From: Chlorokybus atmophyticus
Lineage: Eukaryota; Plantae; Mesostigma and Chlorokybus algae
Reading direction: 5' to 3'
DNA length: 64,000 bases
Assembly: GCA_009103225.1 (NCBI GenBank)
Contig: RHPI01003041.1
Location: 140,308-204,307, forward strand
Of the stretch, positions 44,421 through 57,738 are shown piece after piece. Both the position numbers and the translations under genes were made by a program. Every line of letters starts with the position of its first letter. The stretch's first letter is position 1. A model generated the notes under the pieces. The model was given only the letters and a program-made list of their open reading frames with translations, had not been told where the DNA came from and made no database searches.

Positions 44421-46359
44421 TGGGTCAAGCTTGCACACATATGCATGTATGCGCACACACACATTCGCAGGTACCTTGGGGAGGTGACAGAGGGCCCGCT
44501 GTACTACACGCAAGCCAATGTGATGCAGGGTGTGGGGTCCGTGCCCACGCCAAGATGTGCGAGCTGATGATGTGACGGCATTGCTGCCGTCAGCTGCTCC
44601 CTCCCCATGCTTAGGGTATGCCATGATACATGCTTGTGATCGTCACAACTAACACGCACAGGCTGTGTGTGTTAGTTGTGTGAAGGAAACTGATGCCCAT
44701 GTCTATGCGTGTGCAGTATGCCCATGCGTACAAAGGGTGCCAACACCCCAACGCGTGCGCAATCTATTACAAGGTATGATTGTGACTATGTGAGTGTGAA
44801 GGAAATTAAGGCCCATGCCGGTTCGTGTAGTCTGTCCATGCGTACGAAGGTTGCCAAAAGCTTGACACGTGCGCAGTTTATCACAAGATATGCGTTCTTA
44901 CTTGCATGCATGCATACACGTACATGCGTGCGAGCATATGTGCATGCGTGCACCTGCATACATATGATGTGTGCAAGCACATGTGCAATGTGTATGCGTG
45001 CACAAGTACAAGTGACCGCTTAAAAACGTCTCCACACTTGTCAAACTCAACTCCCATTAATGTCTGCAGATTATCGAGTCTGGTACCAATGAGTTTGGTA
45101 GCATATCTCGCGGCCTCTTCAACTACCTTATATCTCCATTCCTCACAGCAGATGGGCGAGTTAATGGTGCCCGTGAGGATAGTGTCCGCGCGCCATATGT
45201 CCTCTTTATCACGCTTTGGGTATCGCACTCCTCGTTTGTGCCAGACTAGAGGTCACGCACAGTCAGGTCACAATTGGTCTCAAACTTTTTGCGTGTCTCC
45301 ATCGTCAACCGCTTGACCACTTCAGTTGAAAAGTAGTCGATCGGTCTAGCCCCGACCATGTCCTTAGAGACTTTGCTGGTGGGGGAATGTTTCTGAAAGC
45401 CTCGAAACTGTGAAATTCTCTATAACTAGTCGCCTGCAGGCTAACTTTCTCAAGACCATTGTAGGATGTAGCTTGGGACCGGTAACGGAGAACACTTAAG
45501 CAACTCGAGGCTTCTGTCGGGTCGAGGAGAGTTGAGGGTCACGCTGTCTCGGACAGCTGCAGGGAAAGACATGCTTGCTAGCCATGCTACTACAACATGC
45601 TGTAACGTGTAGCAAAAGCAAAAGTTAACCCAGCGCTTATGGTGACAAGTGCTTTGTGAAGCTGCTCCGCTTTTGCTGAATGATACGGACATGTGGAGCC
45701 GGTGTCCTCATTGGTGTACATGCTGTGCTGTAGGACACACAGTCAACAAGCCACTACTATAGATAGAGCGGTTTACACAGTTCTTTGCACGAGTGGAAAA
45801 TTTGTTACACTGTTAAATGAGGTGAATGAGCAAGCAACATGTGGATACTATGCCCTAACTGATGCTAACAAGCACACCGCAACCAGGCACACCAAGCTCA
45901 CAGCAATGACAAGCGCAATGCACACGAGCATGCACAGGCTCTCACGGTGAGGGGTTTCTTGATAACCGAGACGGTGTGTTCATAGTTCAAATCGCTTCAC
46001 AAGCTCTTAGCTTTCTCACTCACATTGTCACCAGCTGATCCGGTGAACACCGTGACTACTTATACAAGTCAAATCATGACTGTTCAGAAAATAAGCTAAC
46101 GGCCATATCACGTGAATCACATCAATACACGCATGCGCAGTCACAACGGCCCTCGCTTATTGATCTTGCAAAGAGTATGTCGTTGGAGGGTCTGCAGCGC
46201 AAATAAGACGGCAGTGCAGGCGATGTTGACTACTACGCCCTATGTAGTAATCGTGGCAGCAACAACCATGATTCTAGGTTGGGGTATTCAAGCATTAAGC
46301 TATGCTTTTCCAACGCCCCTAAGCTCAAACCAGCTGAGTACGGTTTCCCCTGTGCAGAG

Positions 46360-46600
46360 CTTGCAGCTGTTGTTGATTGCCGAGGCGGAGCAGGCCACAA
46401 GGTGTAGGGAGACAGCATCTGATAAGGTGAAAAACCAAGGGGGAGGGGGGCTGTCATGAGCTTGTTGTGGAGAGTGCATTTGACATGTGCAGATTGTGGT
46501 AGCAAGAGCAGGCGTTGGGAGAGGCAAGCCGCCTTGGAGCATTCCTCAACATCATCCCTACCAGCTGCCATTGTAGCTGCAGGCCAGTGGACACACGCGC
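46360..46600 (+). mobile_element. 3' end remnant of an LTR retrotransposon (PPT + LTR start)
   Basis: Polypurine tract aaccaagggggagggggg is immediately followed by c-TGTCATG near 46453. Confidence 0.35.
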
Positions 46601-46733
46601 GCGCACACACGCACACGCACACGCACACGCACACACTCTAATGTACCTCATATGACATAAGGCGGTAGGTCATTGCATATGAGTGGCAACTATGCGTGTT
46701 TCAATGGTCTCAAGAGTGCGTGTTTGTTGACAG

Positions 46734-46901
<168 letters not shown>

Positions 46902-47744
46902 NCAGAGCATACATATGACAATCCCATGTACGGGGACACACCACATAAACAGCGCACACACCTACACATGCATGTGTGCGCAGGCGCACACACAAACTGC
47001 TGTACAAGTGGCACACAATGAAGAATGGCACTCTATGTGTGGACGCGCGTGCAGGCCCTACAAAAGCGATTGCAGTTGCACACGTGTTCGTGCACAAGCC
47101 GAGCACACTAGCCAATGCGCGCATACTCTCAATTGACAGTCGCACACGCTTACACGCATGTACACGCGCATGCAGACCCTGCAATGTTCACCTTACATCT
47201 ACGATTGCCACTCTTGCCCTTTGAGGACAGGCGGGCTGTCGGGAGGGCACACCAATGCGCAATGGTGAGGTGTGTGGCCTCGCTTTGCTGTATCTCAGCA
47301 ACATCAACATCAACATCAACAGGTGAGTGTGTATGGATGCGTGGTGTACATGTGCGCATCTGCATCTGCGTCTGTGTGCAAACATGGGTGTGCATATGCG
47401 TGAATGTTATGTGCGAGTGCAAGCCGAGACATATTCGTTCACCACCAGCGCCAACAACCACAAACACAACCACAACAACAGGCGCTCAATATCTTGACAG
47501 CCGAGGGCTGTCAAGAGGACTGTTGGATGTTGACAGCCACACACGTGTGTGCGCTCACATAGATTACTAACAGTTGACAAGCACAAGCGTGCACACAGTT
47601 ACATGCAAGCTTGTACGCATGCACAAGCATGAACCCTCAGACTTGCACACACGTGCATGATCACACACGCGTGTGCGCACACTTGCACAAGCACATGTGC
47701 AGGCCCTGCCAATTAGCCGAAGTGTGACATCAGTCGGGGGCAAA

Positions 47745-47887
47745 TGTTATGATCCGGACTAGCCCACTCGGCTAGCCTCGCGCGAGGCTAGCCGAGTGGG
47801 CTAGTCCGGATCTCAACAAAAAGTGGTCCAGACATGTCAGCTAGCCTCGTGCGAGGCTAGCCAAGTGGGCTAGACCGGATCATAACA
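47745..47887. mobile_element. 143-bp MITE with TGT...ACA termini, ~37-bp TIRs and a 5-bp TSD
   Basis: Left end TGTTATGATCCGGACTAGCCCACTCGGCTAGCCTCGC; right end GCGAGGCTAGCCAAGTGGGCTAGACCGGATCATAACA. TSD GCAAA at 47740-47744 and 47888-47892. Contains a perfect 62-bp palindrome at 47751-47812. Confidence 0.85.
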
Positions 47888-50800
47888 GCAAACAGGAAGA
47901 GCGGTTGCTACATTGAACACCAGGTACAATGTGTATATTGTGCTTGCGACTGTGAGCTCTTGACCACCACCTATGCGCGCACACGAATATGTGCATGCGC
48001 AGAACGTGTCCATTAGCAAAGGTGTGGGAGTCTTTAGGGACATCATTATATTATGAGGAGCGGGATCTTAGGTGCAAGAAAGGTAAAAGTTTTGTGTGTT
48101 GTGCTTATGTCTTTGCGTGTTTAAGAGCTCACTAACTCCTGTTGCACAACATGCAAGCTCGTGTGTGAGACTTGCTTCCATAATGTTAGTTTGTGACATG
48201 CACTTGATGTGCAGGCTTGGGGTGGTCTATTTCGGTATTAGGTGTAGCTAACAACAAAATATTGATTAACAATGTTTTTTATGCTTTTGTTCCTGCGTGC
48301 ATTGGCATTGTCAACAGCAGCAGGCAACGGAAAGCATGGCTATGGCCTGGTTGTGCTGGCTTGGTCGCCACTAGGCCAGGACGACCAGGCCAGCGGACTA
48401 GCCTGGTCGTCGTGGTATGGGCACCAGGCCGGCCGCCAGCAGCGGCGGCCGAACCGCGGTTAGCTGCTGCTCAATCGCAGCTGACCGCAGGTAGTCGTTA
48501 AAAACACGGCTAAATAACCACATTCTGACCGCCACTGGTGCAGTCTCTCTAGCTGGTCCGGCTGCACACGGGTTTAACGCACCATTACTACATGGTCACA
48601 GACACGGTAAAACCGCGTACCATACATGGTCTTGTAGCGGCGCATGCTTGTTCACAGGGTCTTAATAGGGCCGCATTATCAACATGCTCTTTGTCAGACA
48701 GCGAGGCCACGCGCGCCTCGATAGAATGCACAGTAGATATTGCATTAGCCAATAGCATGCATTCCTTTTCTTATCTCTTTCGCATACAGACGCATTAGCA
48801 ACATGCCACAGTTGTGCCCTATTTAAGCGGGCACCTTTCTCATTCTTAATTTAATCTGCTTGACTATACCGCTCAGTGTGCCCGTTCTATATGCATGTCG
48901 TCGATATTCTACCATTATTGTAGTTGCCGACATTACATTGGTGGAGACACGGATTGAGTGCCAATTCATCACTCACTGCCCATTATTCTTGTATGGTATA
49001 ATAATCTACATCTTTTTCGGCCTCGGCATAAGCTTATACTCGGCAAGCGTAATTATTCCAACGCCAACCGCGTTGACTCATGGCTACGACACGTGCTGCG
49101 GTAGCCGCTACCGACGCTGCAGCCGGCGGCTCAACGATAGTGGCAGACTCTTCGTCCGCCGTGGCCATCGCACTTGACCATATTGTGGGCAGGCTCTAGC
49201 GGATGTCTGCCACGAACGATGTCGCCGCCGCACAATCCGCGACTCAGGCGGGGCGTGATAAGCGGGCGCAATCTGAAAAGTTTTTGGGTGACCGCACGAA
49301 GGAGGTATGACACTGGCTTGTCGAGCTCAGCCAGTACGCCGAGTACCATGGTTGGGAGGATACTGAACAGTGCCGTGAGGGCTCCCTTCTGCTCACTGGT
49401 ACTGCAGCTGTTGGTTAATTAATAAACCTACATACATTGAAACCACGTGGTCCAAGCTCCGTGATGCTGTACTATTTGCATTTGGCTACTCCAGCTACTT
49501 CCACCTCAGCGTGGTCACACGTATTTACCATGAAGCAACGTGACTCCGAGTCCATTACCGAGTATATTGTGCGCTTTAATGAACATTGGTGTTTGCGAAT
49601 GATAATCGAAGGGGAAAAAGGATAGGCTTGTTTTGAGCAACCGTAAGGCCACATTATAAAGACAGAGTTGCTACTACTCAAGCTGACACTTTGAATGAAG
49701 CATCTGGTTTAGCGAGGAGAGTAAAAGCCACCATTAATGACTTACAGCCCAGGCAGCTGCAAAGGTGACCTTGAATGCCTAGTCAGCTGCACCAAGAAAC
49801 AACAATCAGCTTAACCGCACACAACCACGCCGTTTCCCACGCCACAGTGGCGCTACTGTACGTCAACCGCAGTTTCGTGGAAAATCACATGCACAGTTAC
49901 GTCAACCAGGCCCTCAGCGTCCCATGCCCAAGTTGAACCAGCTTCGCGAACCCAGATGTTTTAACTGTACTAAATATGGACACTATGTCAATGGTTGTTG
50001 CTTGGCAGGCCGCCCACGCATACAGAACGCCACAGTCGGGAAGCCGGCGGGGGTCGCTACAGGCGTTCCATTTCTCTGCACAGATGATGCCGGTTAAGTC
50101 GCGATGACGTCTTTTCAGTTAGCTTGTTGATGGTTGTAATATGTCGGTGATGGTGATGTGAGTTGCAGCGCGGTGACGTGACGCCTGTCGATGCACAGGC
50201 GACAGTGTGATGTAATTCGCGTCGCGTCGACGTCAGCAATGCGCAATAGGTGTCAGCGTCGTAGTTATCGCTGGTTGTTTTTCCCGCGCATCTAGGGTTT
50301 TGGCGCCATAGCTGGTGGCATACTGCGGAGGGCGGCGGGAGTTGTGTGGGGTCATAGCGGGCGCTGATGATGAGGGTGGCGACGCAAGGGGGGGGGCGGC
50401 ATGGGCGCCGGGGGTGTGGTTAATAATCGTGCGCAGACTGCTGTCGTTGCCGCAGTCATGGACTTGTCGGCGATGGTGGCCGCTGCACGTGGTGGGCGAC
50501 CGGCGCCTAAGCGTCGTGGTGCTTCGGCGACAGCTGCGAAGTGCGCACCTGTGGTGGATTGTGCGCGTGATAAGCGTCGCCCGCCAATGTTATCCGTTCA
50601 TAAGGGATACCAACTTCTGCTTTCGCGACATGCAACAGGTGTTTGCTACCTCGCTTGTTTGTTTGCAACCAGGTGTTTTTAGCTTGGCTGAGGGTGAGTA
50701 CAGTTGTGCATGGTTAACATAGCCCTTTCCTGTTGGTAACGCTGCCGGGGCTAATGATATAGCATCGCAAGATGGAGGATGGCGACCTGGAGACACTGCA

Positions 50801-50949
50801 CCTCAACTTCTGCAATGGGTTTGAATTAGCCATCACCGCGCATGTAAAGCAGCCTAACCCTAAGCGCTGGGGTTCCGTCTTGCTTGACGTTGATACCTAT
50901 TGTAAGGTACCTAACGAGATGGTGATCACATTTTATCAAATGTGACACT

Positions 50950-52290
50950 AAATAGGCTTGAATAAGCGGTTCTACACCCATTGGGACTTATTTAAGCTAT
51001 GATAAAGCATCAAAGCCTTTATAAGCGAGGAACCGTAGAAAAGAGGTATAAATAAGCATATCTAAATACTTATTCATACAAAATGTGTTATTTAGGTAGC
51101 AATAATACCCCTATTATTATTGCTCCCGTTACAGCTGCTGTATGCAGGGAAGACCACCTTGTGTTTGGCATAATACGCGCAGGGAATGAGGCGCAGCAGC
51201 AATGCAGTCCCTCCCGCTTCATCAAGGTGTGTATCTCCGGTGATGAACTTTGTTTCTCTGCATAGAACTTCACCAGTAGAAGTGTTTACTAATGCCAGCA
51301 AATTAGGATGTGTAGTCAGAGCCTGTGCCAGCGGAAATCAATAGCAGGAGTTTGGCACGTTGGTGCTCCTCAATGTGTTTGAGTTGTGGAATTTGTGACA
51401 GTTGCTGGAACAGCTTGGACAAGTCCAGGAATGGTGGCCTCGCAGTGCTCCGTGAAGCAAGTGCCAGCTGCACAAAGACTTGCCTCCGTGGGTGCCACAG
51501 CTCCAGGGCAGTCATGCCGATAACGGACACATCTGTGTCCGGAGAATAGATGAGTACAGAGGCAAAGCCACAACGGTGCGCATGCAGCCATACACGGCTG
51601 TCCGCTTCTGCATGATTGCATTGGTATTGCGAACTAATGTCGTAACGAATGTCTGCAGGTGTGTGGATGACAACCCTGGCCACGTCTTTAAGGTTTTGGT
51701 GGTCTGAGCCGCCTGCTATGATGAAGCTCTGTCCGGGGCGTAGGTAGGGTGCGACCATCTCTGGCAGGTGAGCCGTCATCAAGTTGCAGAGGCTGCGCTT
51801 TAATCCTCTGTCAGCCAGCAAGTCACGCCAGGACCTCGGCACTTCACTTTGCAGTGTCAATGTCCTGCTTGTCCGCGCATGCCCATTGTCGCGTGATGCT
51901 TGCAGACCGCTCTTAATTCCAGTGGCATGTGCAGGGTCATCAAATACCAAGTGCAATGACGTAACACTTGGGTTAAAAAGGCGTGGTAGTAGAGAGGTGC
52001 GCACTGTTTGCTGCAAGTAGTCATGCATGGTCTCCACACCGCTGCTGGCAGGACCTTTGTTAATGACAAACATGCCCTCTGCTATGATGCACTCAATGCC
52101 AGAAGGGTGTTTGAAGAGTTGTGCATCAGAGCAAGTAGATGCAAGGTCCGCCAAAAACTTGGCCTTGCAGCCTTTGCGCATACCACCGTTCTCTGTGAAG
52201 ATGGCGAGAGAAATTTCTTGATATAATGCCATCACTGCATCCTGAAACGCTTCTAACTTGGCCATCTGCTTTGGGATAAGTGTCTTAGTT
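50950..52290 (-). pseudogene. XPG/FEN1-like (PIN) nuclease ORF of an AcademX-like DNA transposon, inactivated
   Basis: ORF 52265-51303: IFTENGGMRKGCKAKF, CIIAEGMFVI, LHLVFDD, NHAEADSRVWLHA, IYSPDTDVSVIG, GTGSDYTS*FAGISK. These carry the acidic active-site set and the H3TH GxDY motif. An in-frame TAA and a downstream frameshift are present. Confidence 0.7.
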
Positions 52291-52683
52291 TTGTGAAGTT
52301 TTGTGTATCGTGCAACTATGGCGGCTACTAGCGGCTATTAGGGGGGGGGGGGGGGGGGGGCNAGTAAGCAACAACCTAACGACCTTAGCACTGACTGACT
52401 AGACTACAACGACACAACACACGGTGAGAGGTGTATGCTAAGTACATTATATAATTACTACATACCTCTATTCACATGCATAGTGCACACGCAGAACTTC
52501 CTCATAGGCCGCACATGAACAGTGCGGCCTATGAGGCAGCATACAGCAACTGGCTCATAGGCCGCACAAGACAGTTCAATCTATGTGTAACCCCACCATA
52601 GGCTTGAGCACTTAGCTCTCACCTAAGAAGGTGATGCACTCTACTTCGAGCACGCACTCACAAGTGCAAGCACTCACTCACAC

Positions 52684-53210
52684 TGTCACAGCCCACTCGA
52701 CCACAAAAGACTTGGTGCTTTTATAGTCCATTTGTGGTTACATAATGTACCTTCCCGTTACATTCCCCCCCACTTAAGAACGCTGACGTCCTCGGCAGCT
52801 AGCTCCCATCAGCTAGGGAATCATCCCAGGGGTTTGCTAGGGTCGGCCACCGGCCCCAACACCCAAGGACCGGCCAATTTAGGCCCATACAGGTGAACGC
52901 GCGCATAGCGCACCGCTGCCGGCCCCACAGGACGCGTCGCCGCGATAGGCAGGTCGCGCCCTGCCGCGCCGACTGGTCAGTCCGACGCAACTGCCATTAG
53001 GCAAGTCGCGACCTATTGATGATGACACTTATGAAATGACCATTTACGACGTTATTGGATCGAGAAACGACGACTGCGGAATTCGTGTGCAAGGCAGGAA
53101 TCGAACCTGGGTCTCAAGCTCCGATGACCAATGTCACAGCCCACTCGAGCACAAAAGATTTGGTGTTTTTATAGTCGATTTGTGGTAATTTAATGTACCT
53201 TTCCGTTACA
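52684..53210 (-). mobile_element. 527-bp TRIM (miniature LTR retrotransposon)
   Basis: Two 79-bp LTRs (53210-53132 and 52762-52684, TGTAAC...GTGACA on minus). PBS-like TGGTCATCGGAGC after the 5' LTR and PPT AAGTGGGGGGAA before the 3' LTR. Exact TSD CACAC (52679-52683 and 53211-53215). Confidence 0.85.
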
Positions 53211-53758
53211 CACACCGTGCATACACTCTCACAACTCCAAGTGCAAGCACTCACACCGTGCATGCACTCACACACAAGTGCAAGCACTCTCTCACACCGT
53301 GTATACACTCACATAGAAGTGTAAACACTAGTGCACATGCTACCGTAGGTGGCACCCTTGCCTACACACTCGTGCACACGCACAACGAGTGCTACACAAG
53401 GGGAGGCAACACACCTTGTGAGCTTGATGATGAAGAGCGTTGGCACCCCCTTGATTGGCCTCTTTCACGATCATCCCATTAAGATGACCCACACGAGCCA
53501 AATCGATGGACTGATGAAGAGCATCATCTTCAGCCGAGGCATAGCTCAGCACCTACATCACCTCCTCTACCCTATGTGTAAGGTATTGTTAAGGAGCCCG
53601 AAATATTGATAGGCAAAGCCCATGTGTGTGTCACGGCAGGGCGGCCCTGCCATCATTGGTTACTTGCCATTGGGGGGGGACATACGCAAGTGATGTGGAA
53701 GTGTAATACTTCAAGCATGTCACCCCCTGTCACCATACATTACCTGCCACAAAGATGG

Positions 53759-54477
53759 NNNNNNNNNNNNNNNNNNNNNNNNNNNNNNNNNNNNNNNNNN
53801 NNNNNNNNNNNNNNNNNNNNNNNNNNNNNNNNNNNNNNNNNNNNNNNNNNNNNNNNNNNNNNNNNNNNNNNNNNNNNNNNNNNNNNNNNNNNNNNNNNNN
53901 NNNNNNNNNNNNNNNNNNNNNNNNNNNNNNNNNNNNNNNNNNNNNNNNNNNNNNNNNNNNNNNNNNNNNNNNNNNNNNNNNNNNNNNNNNNNNNNNNNNN
54001 NNNNNNNNNNNNNNNNNNNNNNNNNNNNNNNNNNNNNNNNNNNNNNNNNNNNNNNNNNNNNNNNNNNNNNNNNNNNNNNNNNNNNNNNNNNNNNNNNNNN
54101 NNNNNNNNNNNNNNNNNNNNNNNNNNNNNNNNNNNNNNNNNNNNNNNNNNNNNNNNNNNNNNNNNNNNNNNNNNNNNNNNNNNNNNNNNNNNNNNNNNNN
54201 NNNNNNNNNNNNNNNNNNNNNNNNNNNNNNNNNNNNNNNNNNNNNNNNNNNNNNNNNNNNNNNNNNNNNNNNNNNNNNNNNNNNNNNNNNNNNNNNNNNN
54301 NNNNNNNNNNNNNNNNNNNNNNNNNNNNNNNNNNNNNNNNNNNNNNNNNNNNNNNNNNNNNNNNNNNNNNNNNNNNNNNNNNNNNNNNNNNNNNNNNNNN
54401 NNNNNNNNNNNNNNNNNNNNNNNNNNNNNNNNNNNNNNNNNNNNNNNNNNNNNNNNNNNNNNNNNNNNNNNNNNNNN
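53759..54477. other. Assembly gap (N run)
   Basis: Direct reading. Confidence 1.
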
Positions 54478-54749
54478 GGGGGGGGCTACGCATTGAATGC
54501 TTTTGTGATCATTCATAAAGAAGCAACACGAGCAGCAGCTAGCCAAGTTAACAGTTGCAAACGCCCACAAGATGATGCCACACTTAAAACTGTTTTTCGG
54601 CACCCATGAGGGGAAGGGCACAGATTCTGGCGTTACCGCGCGTGATTTGTTGTCTGGCTGCAAGCGTGTGCCACACGCCGGCAGTGCTGCATGCCGCGGA
54701 GGTGTTGTCTATAAGTGAGGCCAAAGCTGTGTCGCTTTAGCATCATACT

Positions 54750-55250
54750 TGCATGGCAAAGCTCAGCTGCGGGCGGCCCGCATGTGGGAGGGGGCTTCTC
54801 CACACCGTGTGCCCACGCCGTGTGCGGCGCGTAGACTCAACTCCTGAGGCCGCTGGCAAGGATGTCACGAGCTTAGACGTGTTTGAGATTGCTATGTTGC
54901 AGGCCTATGGGGGTGTGACTCGTCACAGAAGGCGCGTGACAAGCTACGCCGTGAGTTACTTGGACGTCAAGCCCAACCAATCAATTGAGGACTTTACTGT
55001 GTACTTCTTGTCTTGTGCGGTGTGCCAGAGTTGGCCCCAACATGCTCTTGTGAGAGGCAAAGAAGATGGACAGACACTTGCCTGAGGATGTATACGGCAA
55101 GGCAACTTACCTCCAAAAAGAGACTTGAGTCCTTCACGCATGCTGTTTACGATTCAAAGAAGGGCATGGCTGTGCAGTATCACAACCAATGCACGACGCG
55201 TTGGCTGTTGTCTTACCAAACACCAGGCCAAGAAATCAACCATTGTTCAA
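54750..55250 (+). mobile_element. Degenerate retrotransposon gag fragment
   Basis: FEIAMLQAYGG...SYLDVKPNQSIEDFTVYF resembles the Retrotrans_gag core; broken by stops. Confidence 0.4.
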
Positions 55251-56320
55251 CCAGTGGTAGCTTGTAGCCCTCCTCGTCCACTCCTGCTAAGGGAAGTGGC
55301 AATGGGAGCAACAGTCGCAAGCGCGGCTACCCTAACTGCATCATACTAGCATACCGTTGTTGAAAGTATTTGTACTGCTAAGTTTATAGTACTAACTTTA
55401 TCTCATCTCTATAAAAATACTATTGGATACCAATACAATAACATCACTGAAAAACCGCAGCACGCACATGATGCACTTAACGGAATACACATACGAAAGT
55501 GTGTGCGCACATACTGTGTACGCACAGTGGCACTCATTATTGTTCTGCTGCATGCAGCTGTTGTTTTGAGGTGCTAGGGTTTAGCAATGGTTGCATACAT
55601 TGTAATATCAGTATTAATGGAGCATCACTATTGCCAATAATGATATTTTCGCACGATGTGATATGATAGCACATTGTGCAATGCATTATTAGTGATAATG
55701 TATTACGTGAGAAGTCGTGTTTGAATTGTTTCTAATCGTGGCTGTGCAAAAATGTAATAAAATACCCGTATCGCAGATTCCCGCTGCTGCAACCTACGCT
55801 TCCTCTTAGCCGCCTCATCAGCTGGTGAACTGGCTGTGCGTTCTACCACACCCTCACGCCTACGCGCACGACCAGCATTAGCCCGAGATGCATCCTCACC
55901 GCCATCCCCAGCATGGTCTCCACCCACATCAAGGTCTGCAGGGGAGTCAAAAAGACCACCGCCCATCTTACCTCCACCCTCACCCTCAACGCCATCACAC
56001 TGGCTATCCATCGCACCATAAACGCCACTGTCCGCCACCAACAACACCTCGCCGCCCCCCTCCGCACTCTGCACAATAGCCAGCACCAACGCACTCCTCG
56101 CTACCTCACCTCAATGCACCCCGTTAGATCTGGCGAAAAGCGCGCAATGTTGTTGATACCGTTAGAACGCCGACATCGTCGACAGACACAAACAGGTATC
56201 ATACATTATAAGTCCCGTACATACGTCAACAAAACACAACTGGAGGCGACAGAATCCACCCCTGCTCGCGTCACCCAACTGCGAACGAGTTAGATCGCAG
56301 TTAACAAACTTGAGATAATC

Positions 56321-56412
<92 letters not shown>

Positions 56413-57738
56413 NTACGTACAAGCTGTGACGGCCTCTGCTGCGGCTACCAGTGGCGTGTGCACAGTGCAAGGACTATTTGAGAATGATCTTGTGAACATT
56501 CTCCTGAACACCGGCTCGTCCAATTCTTCTATATCAGAGGCGCTTGTCACGCTGCTTGGCTTGCCGATGACGATCGTGATCGCATCACATTACAGTTTGA
56601 TGACGGCAACATCATCGCCGAGTCCTCTACGTCCTGCTCAGCCCCCTTAGTGATTGGGAGCAGTACAACAAACGTTACCGCTTCCGCATCCTGCTTACTC
56701 AGCTGTTTGACGTTGTTTTAGAAACTGATCGGCTGCGCACGACCGACTGCAGCGTATCTACGCACGCACTGCTGTTTTTTGGCGGGGGCGTGACGCTCCT
56801 ATCACCACCAACCACTGTATGTTTTGCTGCTGCTGCTGATCCAAATCAGTATTAATAAGAGTGCCTCAACCTTAGCCACAGCCTGAGCTAATGCTTTATA
56901 CTGAGACAGATGCCACCAACGTCATCACAGGTCTGTTACGCGAGTTTTCCGTACTGTTTACAGTGCCTGATGCAAAAAAGTGCACCTCTGTCGTAAAGCA
57001 CGTCATTGATAGCAGAGATGCCAGACCTATTCACACCAGACAATACATACGCTCACGACAGAAAGATCTTCTCATTGACGACCTTGTTAAAGATCTTCTC
57101 GAGCACGGCTTCATCGTGCCCTTATCCTTGGAGTGGTACAGTCAAGTGTCCTTGCTGCCAAGCTAAACGTTACAAAACGTTTTTGCATCGACTACCGAGC
57201 ACTACATAAAATGACGGTAAAAGATAAGTACCATGTACCAAGCATTGATGCCATATTTGACAAATCACAAGGGTACAGTGTATTTTCCAAGATGCTGCAT
57301 CGGGCTTTTTGCAAGTACGTGTGCACGCCGACAGCCTTTCAAAGACAGCTTTTCCTTTTTTCCTTTTCCTTTTTTCCTTTTGGCTTCGCCACAGTGTCAG
57401 CTCCCTTGCGTGCACTCATATGCAAGGACGTCACCTTCAGCTAGACAGAGGATTGCCAGGATGTGTTCGACAAGCTCAAGTCCGCGCTGGCCTCCACACC
57501 TCTGTTACATTTTTCGGATTTCTCATCGAGCAAAGTGTTGCGCACGGATGCAAGCAACTACAGGCTTGGCCTCATGTTGTTGCAATACTCCTATTCTGAT
57601 GACACGTATGCGCCACTATTATCCACGTCGCGCTCATGTCACACTGGCGGAGAAGAACTACATTACGACACAATGCGAGTGTCTCGCGGTGGTGTGGGCC
57701 TTCAACAAGCTTCATCCTTATCTACATGGCGCGGATGT

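Noticed and set aside
53085-53131. Possible tRNA gene (GGTTCGATTCC on minus)
   Set aside because: There is no acceptor, D or anticodon arm; it is part of the TRIM internal region.
53606-54663. ORFs of about 250-300 aa
   Set aside because: They consist of X residues from the N gap.
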